The position numbers were made by a program, and so were the translations under genes. This document shows positions 10,952-22,379 of a DNA stretch of 64,000 nucleotides, one piece after another (the stretch's first letter is position 1; the number at the start of each line of letters is the position of its first letter). Under the pieces are notes generated by a model. That model ran no database searches, was not told where the DNA came from, and saw only the letters and a program-made list of their open reading frames with translations. This DNA is from Octopus bimaculoides (lineage: Eukaryota). The stretch is from assembly GCF_001194135.2 (NCBI RefSeq), contig NC_068982.1, forward strand, positions 83,998,240-84,062,239, written 5' to 3'.

Positions 10952-11601
10952 CTATTCAACTGCTTTAGAAATAAAATTATGTGGTTATTTGATTCAGAGG
11001 TTGGGGGTTCAGTGACTTCATTTTACTAAATGTAAAATTACTCTGGTGCCTACATGTAACTCCACATTCATTATGTGTATTTAATAATTCATCCCTAGAC
11101 TGTAGTAATTTCATAAATTCTATTATGCATAATAAACACATTTTATTCCCAATATTATAGGAGTGGGCTCTCAATTAAGGGTGTACTTTCTTTTTCTAAC
11201 AAATTATATATATATCCCAATATAGGTAAATTTGAATTTAAGAATAGAGGATAATTTAAAATTTAAAATTAAACTATGTATAGTGTAATTACCCCACTTG
11301 GTACTAATTACCTATAAATATCTATATTTCCCTGCTATCTTCTTCCTCTAATCACCATTTTAGTACCAGCAAAAAAAAAAAAAAAAAAATGTATTTGAAT
11401 TTAAACACAGACATTTTTATTCTGATGTATAATTTTATATCTCACATTCTGTATTTGACATATACTTGATTTTACATGATTGATATATATGCTAATTCAT
11501 ATTTTTAATGTATAATTTATAAATTTTAATTCTTAATATTACTAAGTACTAGTTTTATTTTTAATTTTTAATTCTTAATTTTTAATCTTTAATGCTTAAT
11601 T

Positions 11602-12389
11602 GGAATCTTTGTGAATTGACGGGCACCACTTGTTTTCTTAACGAAACACTTTCAAACTTGGGATACTGGTAGAATGTGTCATATAAAACATCTTTTTCTC
11701 TTAGCCTTCGTAACAAAAATTTCAATATTGCAAGTTATTTCATGTTAAAGTTGTCGTATTTCTGTAATTTCAACCAATCACTGACGTCTATTCAGGTGAA
11801 TACAGTTACTGCTGTTTTTGTAAACAATAATTTTTGCCGGTGTCAAGATCGTTATTCCCTGGTAATTATATTGTTCCCTAGTAAGGGTTTAGGGTTTTAG
11901 GGTTAGGGTTCAAGTTTTAGAGTTAGGGTTAGGGTTTTAAGGTTTTAGGGTTAAAGTTAGGGTTATGAGTTAGGTTATGGCAAAAATAATCATAACCCTA
12001 ACCCTAACACCCGAACCCTAACCTTAAAACCCTAAAACTAAAACCAGTACAAATGCACGAACGATGTTATAAATAACAGTACCACTGATAGTTGTTGTTG
12101 ACAAACAATGGCACTAATTTTATTCAAGAGAAAAGATCCCATTACACCGCACAACGTGTGGTGTTCACAATTCACAGCAGTAATTGTTTTCACCTCAATA
12201 GACATCAGTGATTGGTTGAAATTACCGAAATACGACAATTTTTTACATGAAATAACTTTGAATACAAAAATTTTTATCTGTTCTATAACACAAAATATCC
12301 AAGTATACGAAGTTTGAAAGTGTTTCGGTACCAAAAACACTACATAAAACATTAATGAAAAGTGGTGCCCGTCAATTCAGAAAGATCCC
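11602..12389. mobile_element. Non-autonomous foldback/MITE-like element with an internal telomere-like core
   Basis: Termini gg(a/g)atcttt(g/c)tgaattgacgggcaccact in inverted orientation; ~230-bp imperfect arms; TTAATT on both flanks (11596-11601 and 12390-12395). Confidence 0.85.
11884..12045. repeat. Degenerate (TTAGGG)n followed by (CCCTAA)n, head-to-head
   Basis: gggtttagggttttagggttaggg... at 11884-11978; taaccctaaccctaac... at 11991-12045. Confidence 0.9.
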
Positions 12390-12602
12390 TTAATTATATT
12401 GCTTATTATTTAAAGGGATGCAAATTTAGATATATAATATTTTGAAAAAGAATCTGAAGTTGTGTTGGAATAATTGTAAATCTGATGATTGCATATATGT
12501 ATTTATATATGTGTATATATATGTATACAGTTGTGTATATGTATATATATTGTAATCTTCCAATACGTGTAGTTCCTTCATATTTAATAAATTTAAGTAT
12601 TA

Positions 12603-12793
12603 ACTAAAGTAGGAGATAATTAATGAAGTATAATATATACCCTGCTGGTAATTTTGGTTATATCCTTTAAGTATTATTTCAGGATGTGCAAACTGATACC
12701 ATGAGTTTACTTTCAGATATACTCATTAGGTTATCTTTTGAATTATCTCAAATAGAATACCTGCATATCGATCAATCCCCCAAAATTGAATTA
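12603..12793 (-). repeat. Right arm of an inverted repeat pair (partner 10761-10951)
   Basis: Reverse complement aligns with 10761-10951. Confidence 0.9.
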
Positions 12794-12966
12794 ATATCGA
12801 CTTTTATCAGATACTTGTATATTTATAGATAAATATATAAATATATGATAAATAAGACTCCCAAGGTACGATATGTAGATGCATATAATGCTGAAGGGTT
12901 GTACTTGATTGATTTGGAAATTTGTTTTCCCAAATTATTTAAATTAATTATATATATATATACATC

Positions 12967-13002
<36 letters not shown>

Positions 13003-13939
13003 ACCCTCTCTCTCTCCCACTCTCTCTCTCTNNNNNNNNNNNNNNNNNNNNNNNNNNNNNNNNNNNNNNNNNNNNNNNNNNNNNNNNNNNNNNNNNNNNN
13101 NNNNNNNNNNNNNNNNNNNNNNNNNNNNNNNNNNNNNNNNNNNNNNNNNNNNNNNNNNNNNNNNNNNNNNNNNNNNNNNNNNNNNNNNNNNNNNNNNNNN
13201 NNNNNNNNNNNNNNNNNNNNNTAAAGAGAGAATTTTGGAAGTGATGTACAGATATTGTCTGCTTAGAATAATAAGATATTCAGAATGTTGGTTGATTGTA
13301 TATATTTTATTTATACTTTCAGACCTTCCATTACTGGATTTATCAAAAAATGGTTTAAATTTAGATTTCTTGGCCTTTTTATATATAAAAAATTTTGTGG
13401 GCTTTGCCAGGGAAAAAAAAAAAAATTTAATGGATGGGGAGGTAAACAGGCATGGCTTTGTATTGGTATGGTCAGACTTGTTTGTTTAGTACTTAGTGAC
13501 CTTTTAGGATGGGGAAGGAAAAAGAATTTTTGTATTTGAATTGGTCAAGGTTTTAATTGTAAAACCAAATGTTGTTTTGACTTTCTTCAGTAAAAATTAT
13601 ATTCACATTTCCAGGTCTTGTTTCTTTATTCTTTTGTATTTATTACTGTAGAGGAAGTAAAGAGGTGTGGTTTTTGTATTAGTGTGGTCAGATTTTTGTA
13701 GTGGTCAGAGTTCTTAATTGAAAAAGTAGATGTTTGCTTTTGACTTCCTTCAGGGAAAATTATAAATGCCTTTACAGGTTTTGTTTTTTATTCTTTTGTA
13801 TTCATTAAAGAATAGTTGCATGGATGTGGTCAAATTGCTTTGATTGAAATTCTAGATGTTTTCCAAAGAGTGATTTTTGAAGTGTGAGGTGTTCAGGATT
13901 GCAAAGCAGTGTATCAGAGAGAATAGAAATGTGTGAATG

Positions 13940-15500
13940 GTTAATGGTATGCTTGCACTTAGTGACTCAGAGAAGAAAGATGCATGGAAGTGCCACTATG
14001 AAAGGTTACTAAATGTGGAAAATGAATGGGAGAAGGAGAGAGTCTTTCAAATATCGAACCAATTGAGGGACCAGCCATCAGAGTTGATAGCAGGCAATTA
14101 ATGATATGAAGACTGGGAAAGCCTCTGGACCACTTGGTATCACTGCCAAGATGATCAAAATATCAGACCAAGTCATGAAAGTTACTGAGAGGGTTATAGC
14201 TCAATTGATTTGGAATAGAATTAAACTAGATGCAGTTTGGTTTTGTGCTTGGAAAGAGTACCAAAGATGCTATGTTCCTGGTGAGACAGCTGCAGGAAAA
14301 GTATTTGGACAAAAGTAGACCGTTGTATTTAGCTTTCGTCAACCTAAAGAAAGCTTTTGACAGTTCCCCGCTCTGTTATATGGTGGTCCCTAAGGAAGTT
14401 GGGAGTAGAGGAGTGGCTTGTTTGAGCTGTACAAGCCATGTGCAGTGGTGCTGTCAGTAAGGCAAGAGTCAGCCACGGATACAGTGATGAATTTAGCATA
14501 CAAGTAGGGGTTCTCAGCATACTCTTATTCGTTATAGTCTTCCAGGCCATAACAGAGGAATTCAAAACTGGATGCTGATGACCTTGCTCTTATTGCAGGA
14601 TCTGTAGCAGAATTGGGGAAGAAATTCCAGGTGTGGAAGCAAAACTTGGAATCAAAGGGCCTTAAAGTTAACCTAGCAAAGACCAAATTTGTTGTTAGCA
14701 AGAAAGATTCTCTTTCTGTCAGGTAAATTGCCTTGCTCAGTATGTTGGAAAGGAGTTGGAAGTAATTCCATTTGCTGCACCCAGTGTAAGCTATTGACTC
14801 ATAAGAGATGCTGTGGAATCACAGGTACATTAACAGGTAAAGTCACCATGTGTGTGCAGGAACTATAAACACTAAGAGAGCATGGGACTTAGATTCTCTC
14901 AAATGCCCAGGTGGTTCTCTTGAGGTTGTAGATAGTTTATGTTTCCTAGGTGACCAAATTATCAAGGGTGGAGGATGCTCTGAAAGTATTGTTTCTAGAA
15001 TAAGAATAAGATGGAGGAAGTTCAGAGAGCTATTATTCCTGTTGGCAACAAAAGGACACTCTCTCAGAATGAGAGGTGGATTGTATGATGCTTGTGTGCA
15101 AACAACTATATCACATGGTAGTGAGACATGGGCTCTGAATGCTGGAAACATGTGTAGACTGAAAAGAATTGAAGGCTGCATGCTCCGCTGAATATGCAAC
15201 ATCAATATGCATGTATGATAAAGTAAAAACATATGGAGAGAAAAGTTGGGCATAAGAGGAATCAAATGCAGCATGGAAGAAAGAAAACTAGATTGGTTTG
15301 GACATGTGATGTGTATGAGTAAAGACAGATGTATAAAGAAGTGTTTGTCACTGAAAGTGGAGGATACCCACGGACGAGGGAGACCCAGGAAGACATGGGA
15401 TAAAGTGGTGAAGGCTGTTCTCAGGATGTTGGGCCTCACAGGAAATGACAATGGATTAAGATGTCTAGCAATATGAAGTTCTTGAGAAGAAACTGAGTTC
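13940..15500 (+). mobile_element. RTE LINE RT/3' portion, decayed
   Basis: MQFGFVLGKSTKDAMFLVRQLQEKYLDK..PLYLAFVNLKKAFD; gctgatgac (ADD); LEVVDSLCFLG; HGSETWAL; GRGRPRKTW. Confidence 0.9.
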
Positions 15501-15963
15501 TAGAAGCACTGTGTAACAAAACTTACCCCAACAAACCAAACTACATCTCTTGTCTTCCTCACATCTCCTTCATGCACTATGCTCATCTCTCACTCCTCAA
15601 TCCTGTCCTGACAGCCCTGTTCGCTATATCATTGCTATCCAATAGTTCCCCTCCTATATACCAAAGTTTTCACCACTCACTACATTCCCCTTCCCCACTT
15701 TCTACTCATGCATCTTTGGCAATGCCCTGCCCCTTATATTATGACCTCTGTACCTCAAGGACCTGCCCTGGCACTTGCCACCATCTCTCTCTCTCTTCTT
15801 TTGCTCAACCATCTCATTCATATTCTGATTACTCAACCATCCCTTTTATATTCTGATCCCCGTCCTTTGTGAATATATTCAGCATTTTGCCACCATCTCT
15901 CTTCTGCTCTCTTTTGCACTCTTGCTCTCTCTCTGTCTCCTGCTCTTCCCTCAGGTTGGGTAA

Positions 15964-16006
<43 letters not shown>

Positions 16007-16233
16007 NNNNNNNNNNNNNNNNNNNNNNNNNNNNNNNNNNNNNNNNNNNNNNNNNNNNNNNNNNNNNNNNNNNNNNNNNNNNNNNNNNNNNNNNNNNNNN
16101 NNNNNNNNNNNNNNNNNNNNNNNNNNNNNNNNNNNNNNNNNNNNNNNNNNNNNNNNNNNNNNNNNNNNNNNNNNNNNNNNNNNNNNNNNNNNNNNNNNNN
16201 NNNNNNNNNNNNNNNNNNNNNNNNNNNNNNNCA

Positions 16234-16279
<46 letters not shown>

Positions 16280-16506
16280 TTAAATTTAAAATTAAAAAAA
16301 TTAAGGTTTAGAAAGGAGGTATTAAATGCAGTATACAAATCTTGTCTCACGGTAAGTCTCACGGTAAGTCTCAGGTAGTGTATCTGCTGGTCACATTCAC
16401 CATTTATGGTATTACTGTGCATTTGTCACTGGATCTACATCTAGAATTCCGAGGTACACATAAGGTATATTTTTAATTATTGATACGGAAGACAGAATAT
16501 AATTCG

Positions 16507-16809
16507 AAGCTTTATTAGCACAGCAATCATTTCAGCTTCATTCTGCACTACTCCCTAGTGGATGTGGGATGATGTAATGATATCAGATGCAACACTCAGT
16601 ACAGTAAGCCTTATCAGGTGATGTAACATACTTCAAAAGTTACCAGATTTACATTTTCTTTTCACTCCAAGCTATATGTTGGCAGTGAGTCACTAGTAGT
16701 TCAGACACATTTTGGTTAAGTGATGAAGAAAATAAAAAAATAAAAACACAAAGAATCAAATGTAAATGGGGTGGTGGTGGAAGGGGTGTGTATGGCATTG
16801 GATTGAACA
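16507..16809 (+). repeat. Left arm of a ~300-bp inverted repeat pair (partner 18851-19247)
   Basis: ctttattagcac...caaaagttaccagatttacattttc...gtgagtcactagtagttcagacacattttggttaagtgatg...ggattgaaca matches the reverse complement of the partner. Confidence 0.9.
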
Positions 16810-16903
16810 CACAGACATATGTATGTACATGAGTGCGTACATGTATGTACCTGTATAGGCACAGCTGCATATTGACATGATGATGATTGTGTGCCAGTAT
16901 GTA

Positions 16904-16952
<49 letters not shown>

Positions 16953-17055
16953 CTTTCCTATAAGTAGGTTATCGCCCTTGGCTAGGCGGCACTCCATGTA
17001 GACAATTAAACTTCCACAGACTATCCACGCTATTGTTATTGTTTTACGTCTTATC

Positions 17056-17328
17056 ATGGATATAAAGCAGCTCGATGATTCAGTTATCGAAGTACTTACT
17101 GTGCTTGAGTTAAAGAAATATTTAAGATTATATGGACAGTATGTTACTGGAAGAAAGGCGGACTTGACTGAAAGGTTGAAAGGTATAAAAATTCTGTCGA
17201 TGAAGAATGTCAACAAAGTAAATTCATCGGACGATAAGTCTGAAGTATCGGACGATAAGTCTGAAGTATCGGACGATACTTCAGACAGGAATGAAGTATT
17301 GCCTGATCCCAATCTGCTTTCAGCATAG
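17056..17328 (+). CDS. Transposon-borne SAP-domain ORF (truncated)
   Basis: LTVLELKKYLRLYGQYVTGRKADLTERL fits the SAP consensus (L.V.EL+..L...G....G.K..L..RL). It also has a 21-bp tandem repeat (SDDKSEV). The stop may be a TGG-to-TAG change (LPDPNLLSA*LSE). Confidence 0.7.
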   Translation: MDIKQLDDSVIEVLTVLELKKYLRLYGQYVTGRKADLTERLKGIKILSMKNVNKVNSSDDKSEVSDDKSEVSDDTSDRNEVLPDPNLLSA

Positions 17329-17455
17329 CTTTCAGAAACCATTCACTGATTTGGCCATGAGCATGATGAGGTGTAGAAGAGGTAGGGACAGTCACACTAT
17401 AAAGTCTAATAATTAGAGGAATATTAGATTCAATGCTGTAAATTTATTATTTAAT

Positions 17456-17527
<72 letters not shown>

Positions 17528-18170
17528 NNNNNNNNNNNNNNNNNNNNNNNNNNNNNNNNNNNNNNNNNNNNNNNNNNNNNNNNNNNNNNNNNNNNNNNNN
17601 NNNNNNNNNNNNNNNNNNNNNNNNNNNNNNNNNNNNNNNNNNNNNNNNNNNNNNNNNNNNNNNNNNNNNNNNNNNNNNNNNNNNNNNNNNNNNNNNNNNN
17701 NNNNNNNNNNNNNNNNNNNNNNNNNNNNNNNNNNNNNNNNNNNNNNNNNNNNNNNNNNNNNNNNNNNNNNNNNNNNNNNNNNNNNNNNNNNNNNNNNNNN
17801 NNNNNNNNNNNNNNNNNNNNNNNNNNNNNNNNNNNNNNNNNNNNNNNNNNNNNNNNNNNNNNNNNNNNNNNNNNNNNNNNNNNNNNNNNNNNNNNNNNNN
17901 NNNNNNNNNNNNNNNNNNNNNNNNNNNNNNNNNNNNNNNNNNNNNNNNNNNNNNNNNNNNNNNNNNNNNNNNNNNNNNNNNNNNNNNNNNNNNNNNNNNN
18001 NNNNNNNNNNNNNNNNNNNNNNNNNNNNNNNNNNNNNNNNNNNNNNNNNNNNNNNNNNNNNNNNNNNNNNNNNNNNNNNNNNNNNNNNNNNNNNNNNNNN
18101 NNNNNNNNNNNNNNNNNNNNNNNNNNNNNNNNNNNNNNNNNNNNNNNNNNNNNNNNNNNNNNNNNNNNNN

Positions 18171-18322
18171 TCTTTCCTCACAAGTCTCGATCTCTGAAGC
18201 CAAATACGACGAATAGCTACGTTTGCAGGATATCTATGTAGTGAAATAACTTTGCCATCTACATTCTTCCCTCTATAGTGGCTGCATATACAGCAGTATT
18301 TGCATGATTTCTTCGGAGACAT
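18171..18322 (-). CDS. THAP zinc-finger N-terminus (runs into gap)
   Basis: MSPKKSCKYCCICSHY...VISLHRYP.....RRIW matches the THAP C..C / (F/L)H.(F/Y)P / W signature. Confidence 0.75.
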
Positions 18323-18571
18323 ATTAACCTGTCAGTACAGTATGTGAGTCGTTAGTCTGCGGAAGTTAAAGCAAGTCACTGAGCATGCGTACATGTCATA
18401 CGGGAGAGTTCCAATCAGGGGTGGATAACAACCTTATAGGAACCCCCTATATGCATGGGGGTGATGAGTGCATGTGTGTATGTATAGTTGGAATTTACAC
18501 AAAAACAAAGCAAAAGATGAAGATGGGTATGTAAACAACAAATTAGTTTAATGCTCAGGAAGCGAGAAATT

Positions 18572-18608
18572 CTTTTACGTTTCGAGCCTACGCTTTTCAA
18601 CAGAAAAG
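18572..18608 (-). ncRNA. Minimal hammerhead-like motif (Penelope-type), degenerate
   Basis: CTTTT-CTGTTGA-AAAGC-GTAG-GCTC-GAAA-CG-TA-AAAG; palindromic ACGT stem III; core reads CUGUUGA rather than CUGANGA. Confidence 0.45.
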
Positions 18609-18850
18609 AAGGCAGAAATAAGCAGAGAGAGAAAATAAAAAAGGTTTAGTGGCTAGCAATCAACCATGGCGAATATATATATACATGTGCACATGTGTGT
18701 ACATATATCTGTGAGTGTGTGTCTGTGTGTGTGTTTGGTATAGTCAGCCACCAAGTCTAAAGATTGGAATAACACCCCTACCAAATTCTTGACCACATTG
18801 TTGTGCTTGGCTGCCACAGTCAGCCATCAAAGTCCTCCACACACTAAAGC

Positions 18851-19247
18851 TGTTCAATCCAATGCCATAAATACCCCCTCCACACATTCACCCTCCATTT
18901 ACATTAGATTCTTTGTATTTTACTTTTATTTCAATTTTTTATTAGTTGTGGTCACTTCTTGACCACAACTATAAACACACACACACCCTATCCTTATTTA
19001 CATTAGATTCTTTATGTTTTTATTTTTTAATTTTCTTCCTGACTACATCATCACTTAACCAAAATGTGTCTGAACTACTAGTGACTCACTGCCAACATAT
19101 AAATTGGAGCAAAAAGAAAATGTAAATCTGGTAACTTTTGAAGCATGTTACATCACCTGATGTTGCATCTGATGTCATTACATCATCTTACACCCACTAG
19201 GGAGCTGTTCAGAATGAAACCAAAATGATTATTGTGCTAATAAAGTT
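18851..19247 (-). repeat. Right arm of the inverted repeat pair (partner 16507-16809)
   Basis: Reverse complement match, with an extra ~100-bp duplicated segment that contains a hairpin. Confidence 0.9.
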
Positions 19248-19526
19248 TCTAGTTACACTCTATCTTTCTGTATCAGTCATTTATATTGTAAGATAACAAC
19301 TTAATGCCATTTGTAGGAAAGGTAAAGGAGGAAGATGAAAGAAAATAAAGTAAAACAAAATAAGATAAAATACAATAAAAGCTAGTAATAGGAAGTATAA
19401 GGAGGTTTAATTTTCTGTAATAGGTTTCTGGATATAATAGTTTCAAAAGTTTATAGATATATAAGTTTATGGACACGCAAGTTTATGAATATATTAAGTT
19501 TATAGATATAAAAGTTTAAGGACATA

Positions 19527-19832
19527 TGGCACTTCCATTGGATATGACAACAAGGGTTCCAGTTGATCCAATCAATGGAACAATCTGCTTGTGAAATTAA
19601 GGAGCAAATTGCTGAGCAGTCTTCAGGCATAGTTCTCAGAAAGATTCAGCATGACACAGAATGTGAATATGTTGGCACTCTGAAATACAGGTACTACTCA
19701 TTTTTGCCAGCTGAGTGGACTAGAGCATTATGTAATATAGTGTCTTCCTCAAGGACAGCACACCACCATGAATCAAACTCACAACCTTATTATTAGGAGC
19801 CAAATACCATAACCACTAAACCATGTGTCTTT
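19527..19832 (-). mobile_element. tRNA-headed SINE, family C
   Basis: Body is homologous to 53950-54282 (gttgatccaatcaatggaac...cagcatgacacag); tRNA-like head on the minus strand. Confidence 0.7.
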
Positions 19833-19999
19833 ACGCTTAAGGATAAGGATATATAAGAAGTTTATTAATATATAAGTAGTTATAAAAGTAGATATTAAAA
19901 TAGATAAAGAGACAGATAGATACATCGATAAATTGACTATAAGCAAAGAACTGGAAATGAATTTGGAGGAGAAGAATTTCACAGATTTATCTTAAAAAG

Positions 20000-20420
20000 G
20001 CAAACAGCCCCTGACACATGGGGATTTGATAGAGCTTCACGAGTAGCAAAATAAAGAAGAGGAAGTTGAACTTGAGCCACGTCACTTTACCAAAAGAAAA
20101 AAAAAAAGAGAATTTTTTGCATATATCGAAAAAGAATATGTTCGAGGATATGGATTCAAATGTTCAACGCTTTTCCAAGATTACGGGGGCTTGTCATGAA
20201 ACTTTTGCTCCTTATAATGTAATCCTTGAGGAAAAGAAGACAGTTCAAGAAACTCTCAACTGGTTTTTTAAGCACATCGAACAACAAGAACAGCCAGAGT
20301 CAGCTGTTGATGTTGATGATCCACAGCCATCTAGATTCAGCCTAGCCTAGCCTAGCCTAAAGACAAGTTAATTCGACTTAAGTTGTGACTCCTGGAACCA
20401 ATTAACAATGTAGGGTGAAG
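20000..20420 (+). mobile_element. Tigger/pogo transposase C-terminal fragment
   Basis: LTHGDLIEL...EPRHFT...FEDMDSNVQRFSKI....Y.VILEEKK..QETLNWFF resembles Tigger C-termini. Confidence 0.7.
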
Positions 20421-20432
20421 TATGCCTGTATA

Positions 20433-20482
<50 letters not shown>

Positions 20483-21175
20483 GCTTTTTTGAAGTGTGCG
20501 TTGTGTTGTGTTTTTAATCAATGAAAATGTTGGATTGGAAAATATGTTGCAATAGAAATAGGGAACAGTCACTGTTTTAGTAGTACATGAGCAGGTTTCA
20601 TCTCCATTTTTACCCAACATTTATTAATGTTATTAATAAAAGAAAGAACCCCCCCTCTCTCTATTTTTAAATGCAATATAGAGAAGAAGAATAATGGTAC
20701 TGATAACGAAAAATAAAGACAAATATTATTTATTTCAGTTGTTACTGTTGTTATTGTAATTGTTGTGACAGCAAGTGTGTAGGTGGCAAGAGCCATCATA
20801 TCAATATAACACTAATACTGCTGCAAAGTATTAAATGTCTAAAAATAATCAGATTTGCCTAGTATGGAAAAATAGAAGTAAAATAATGTTACCCCCTCTC
20901 CACGAGGCATTAACTTTATTTCAGGGTAACAACTATCATAAGCACTTCCCACTGATCAAGAATTATAAATGGCAATAGTTAGATTTTGTTAACTTTTTCA
21001 TATCTGGTATAGAATTTAAAAGATGATTTCATTTTGCTGTTTGGTGAGAAGATGAAAAGTTAGATAAATTTAAAGCATCAGTATATAATTTATTTCCTAT
21101 TCAGCCTTTCTTCAAATCATGTAACATAAAAAATACACCAAATTTACTGTTATTTATTTTGTTTGCTTCTGACAG

Positions 21176-21237
21176 GCTATGGTTGATGATTATTGGAAAG
21201 CTTCTGATTTCAATGGCCCCAAAGAAGTTTCTATGAA
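21176..21237 (+). CDS. SH2-domain gene, internal exon (AMVDDYWKASDFNGPKEVSMK)
   Basis: ctgacag acceptor and gtaagt donor; ends in phase 2, matching the next exon; encodes the SH2 N-terminal W and helix A. Confidence 0.75.
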
Positions 21238-21403
21238 GTAAGTATAATGTATTTACTATAAGTATAATGAGAAAAGATAGCCATTTCATCAACCAATTTG
21301 CTGTGTTTATTAAGATATACTATATATCTAAAATTATTAAAGTAAACATACTTACATCAAATTCAAAGTATATGAGAGTATGCTGGAACCATACAAAATA
21401 AAG

Positions 21404-22375
21404 TATTGGGTCATCCCATAAATAATGCAGTTTTTTCAATTGTATGAACTAAAAATCGGAGTGGGGACAGGATAAACTACCTGCATCAACTTGCTATAAA
21501 AGCAGGTAGTAATTTTACCTTCTGCTTATTCTTAGTGCAAGTTTTTAAGAGTGCAATTCAATTTTAACAGTTATTTTTTCAAAGTTATAATGGAAGTGGC
21601 AAAGGAGCATATTCGGTATATTTTGCTTTATGAGTTCAATAAAGGCAACAATGCAATGGAAAGTCGAAGGGAGATAAGATAAACTAACTGCATCAGCTTG
21701 CTTACTTTGTACTTATTCTTAGTGCAAATTTTGAAGATTGCAGTTTGATTTAACAATTATTTTTTCAAAGCTATAATGGAAGTAACAAGGAACATATTCA
21801 TCATATTTTGCTTTATGAGTTCAATAAAGGCAACAATGCAATGGAAAGTGCAAGGAATATTAATGCAGTATATGGGGATTGGACAATAAGTGTAAGCCAG
21901 TGTCAACAGTGGCACCAGAAATTCTGAGCTGGAAACTACAGCCTAGAAGATGAGCCTCGTCCTGGAAGACCTGTAGAGCAAACCCTGGTGGAACAAAATC
22001 CCATCATAACTGTTGAGGAACTAGCAGAGAAGCTTGGATTTTGTCATTCAACCATTCATTGACACCTGCATGCCACCAGGAAAGTCAACAAATTGAGTCA
22101 ATGGGTTCTTCACAAACTTTACAAGTCTAATCATACACAGAGAATGAATTGTGCTCTTCTTTGCTGTCACATCTCACAAATGAGTCTTTTTTGGACCGAA
22201 TAGTGACTGGTGTCAAGAAATAGGTTCTCTATAAAAATGTCAAGTGCCAAAGACAATGAGTAGAGAAAGGAGAAACACCGGCACACTAGGCTAAAGAAGG
22301 TCTTCACCTATGTAAGGTGTTGTTTGGTGGGATATGAAAGGTTTAGTCCACTTTGAACTTTTAAACCCAAACAAG
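21404..22375 (+). mobile_element. mariner-like element, 3'-truncated, with a duplicated 5' block
   Basis: TA|TTGGGTCATCCCATAAATAATGC end; MEV.KEHI..ILLYEFNKGNNAMES occurs twice; EDEPRPGRP, WVLH, IVTG..K*VLY motifs. Confidence 0.9.
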
Positions 22376-22379
22376 AGTA

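Larger units (their letters stand above)
16950..18447. mobile_element. DNA transposon derivative with TIRs and convergent SAP and THAP ORFs (ISL2EU-like; internally deleted and gapped)
   Basis: Inverted ends ..ttcctataag..gttatc flanked by TA; subterminal inverted aacttcc(a/g)cagacta just upstream of each ORF; CpG-rich compared with the flanks. Confidence 0.7.

Noticed and set aside
11884-12045. Ancient telomere-telomere chromosome fusion site
   Set aside because: The arrays are the centre of a TIR-bounded element with flanking direct repeats, so foldback symmetry explains the orientation.
16716-17342. 208-aa minus-strand ORF
   Set aside because: It is the antisense shadow of the SAP ORF plus microsatellite, with no recognisable domain.
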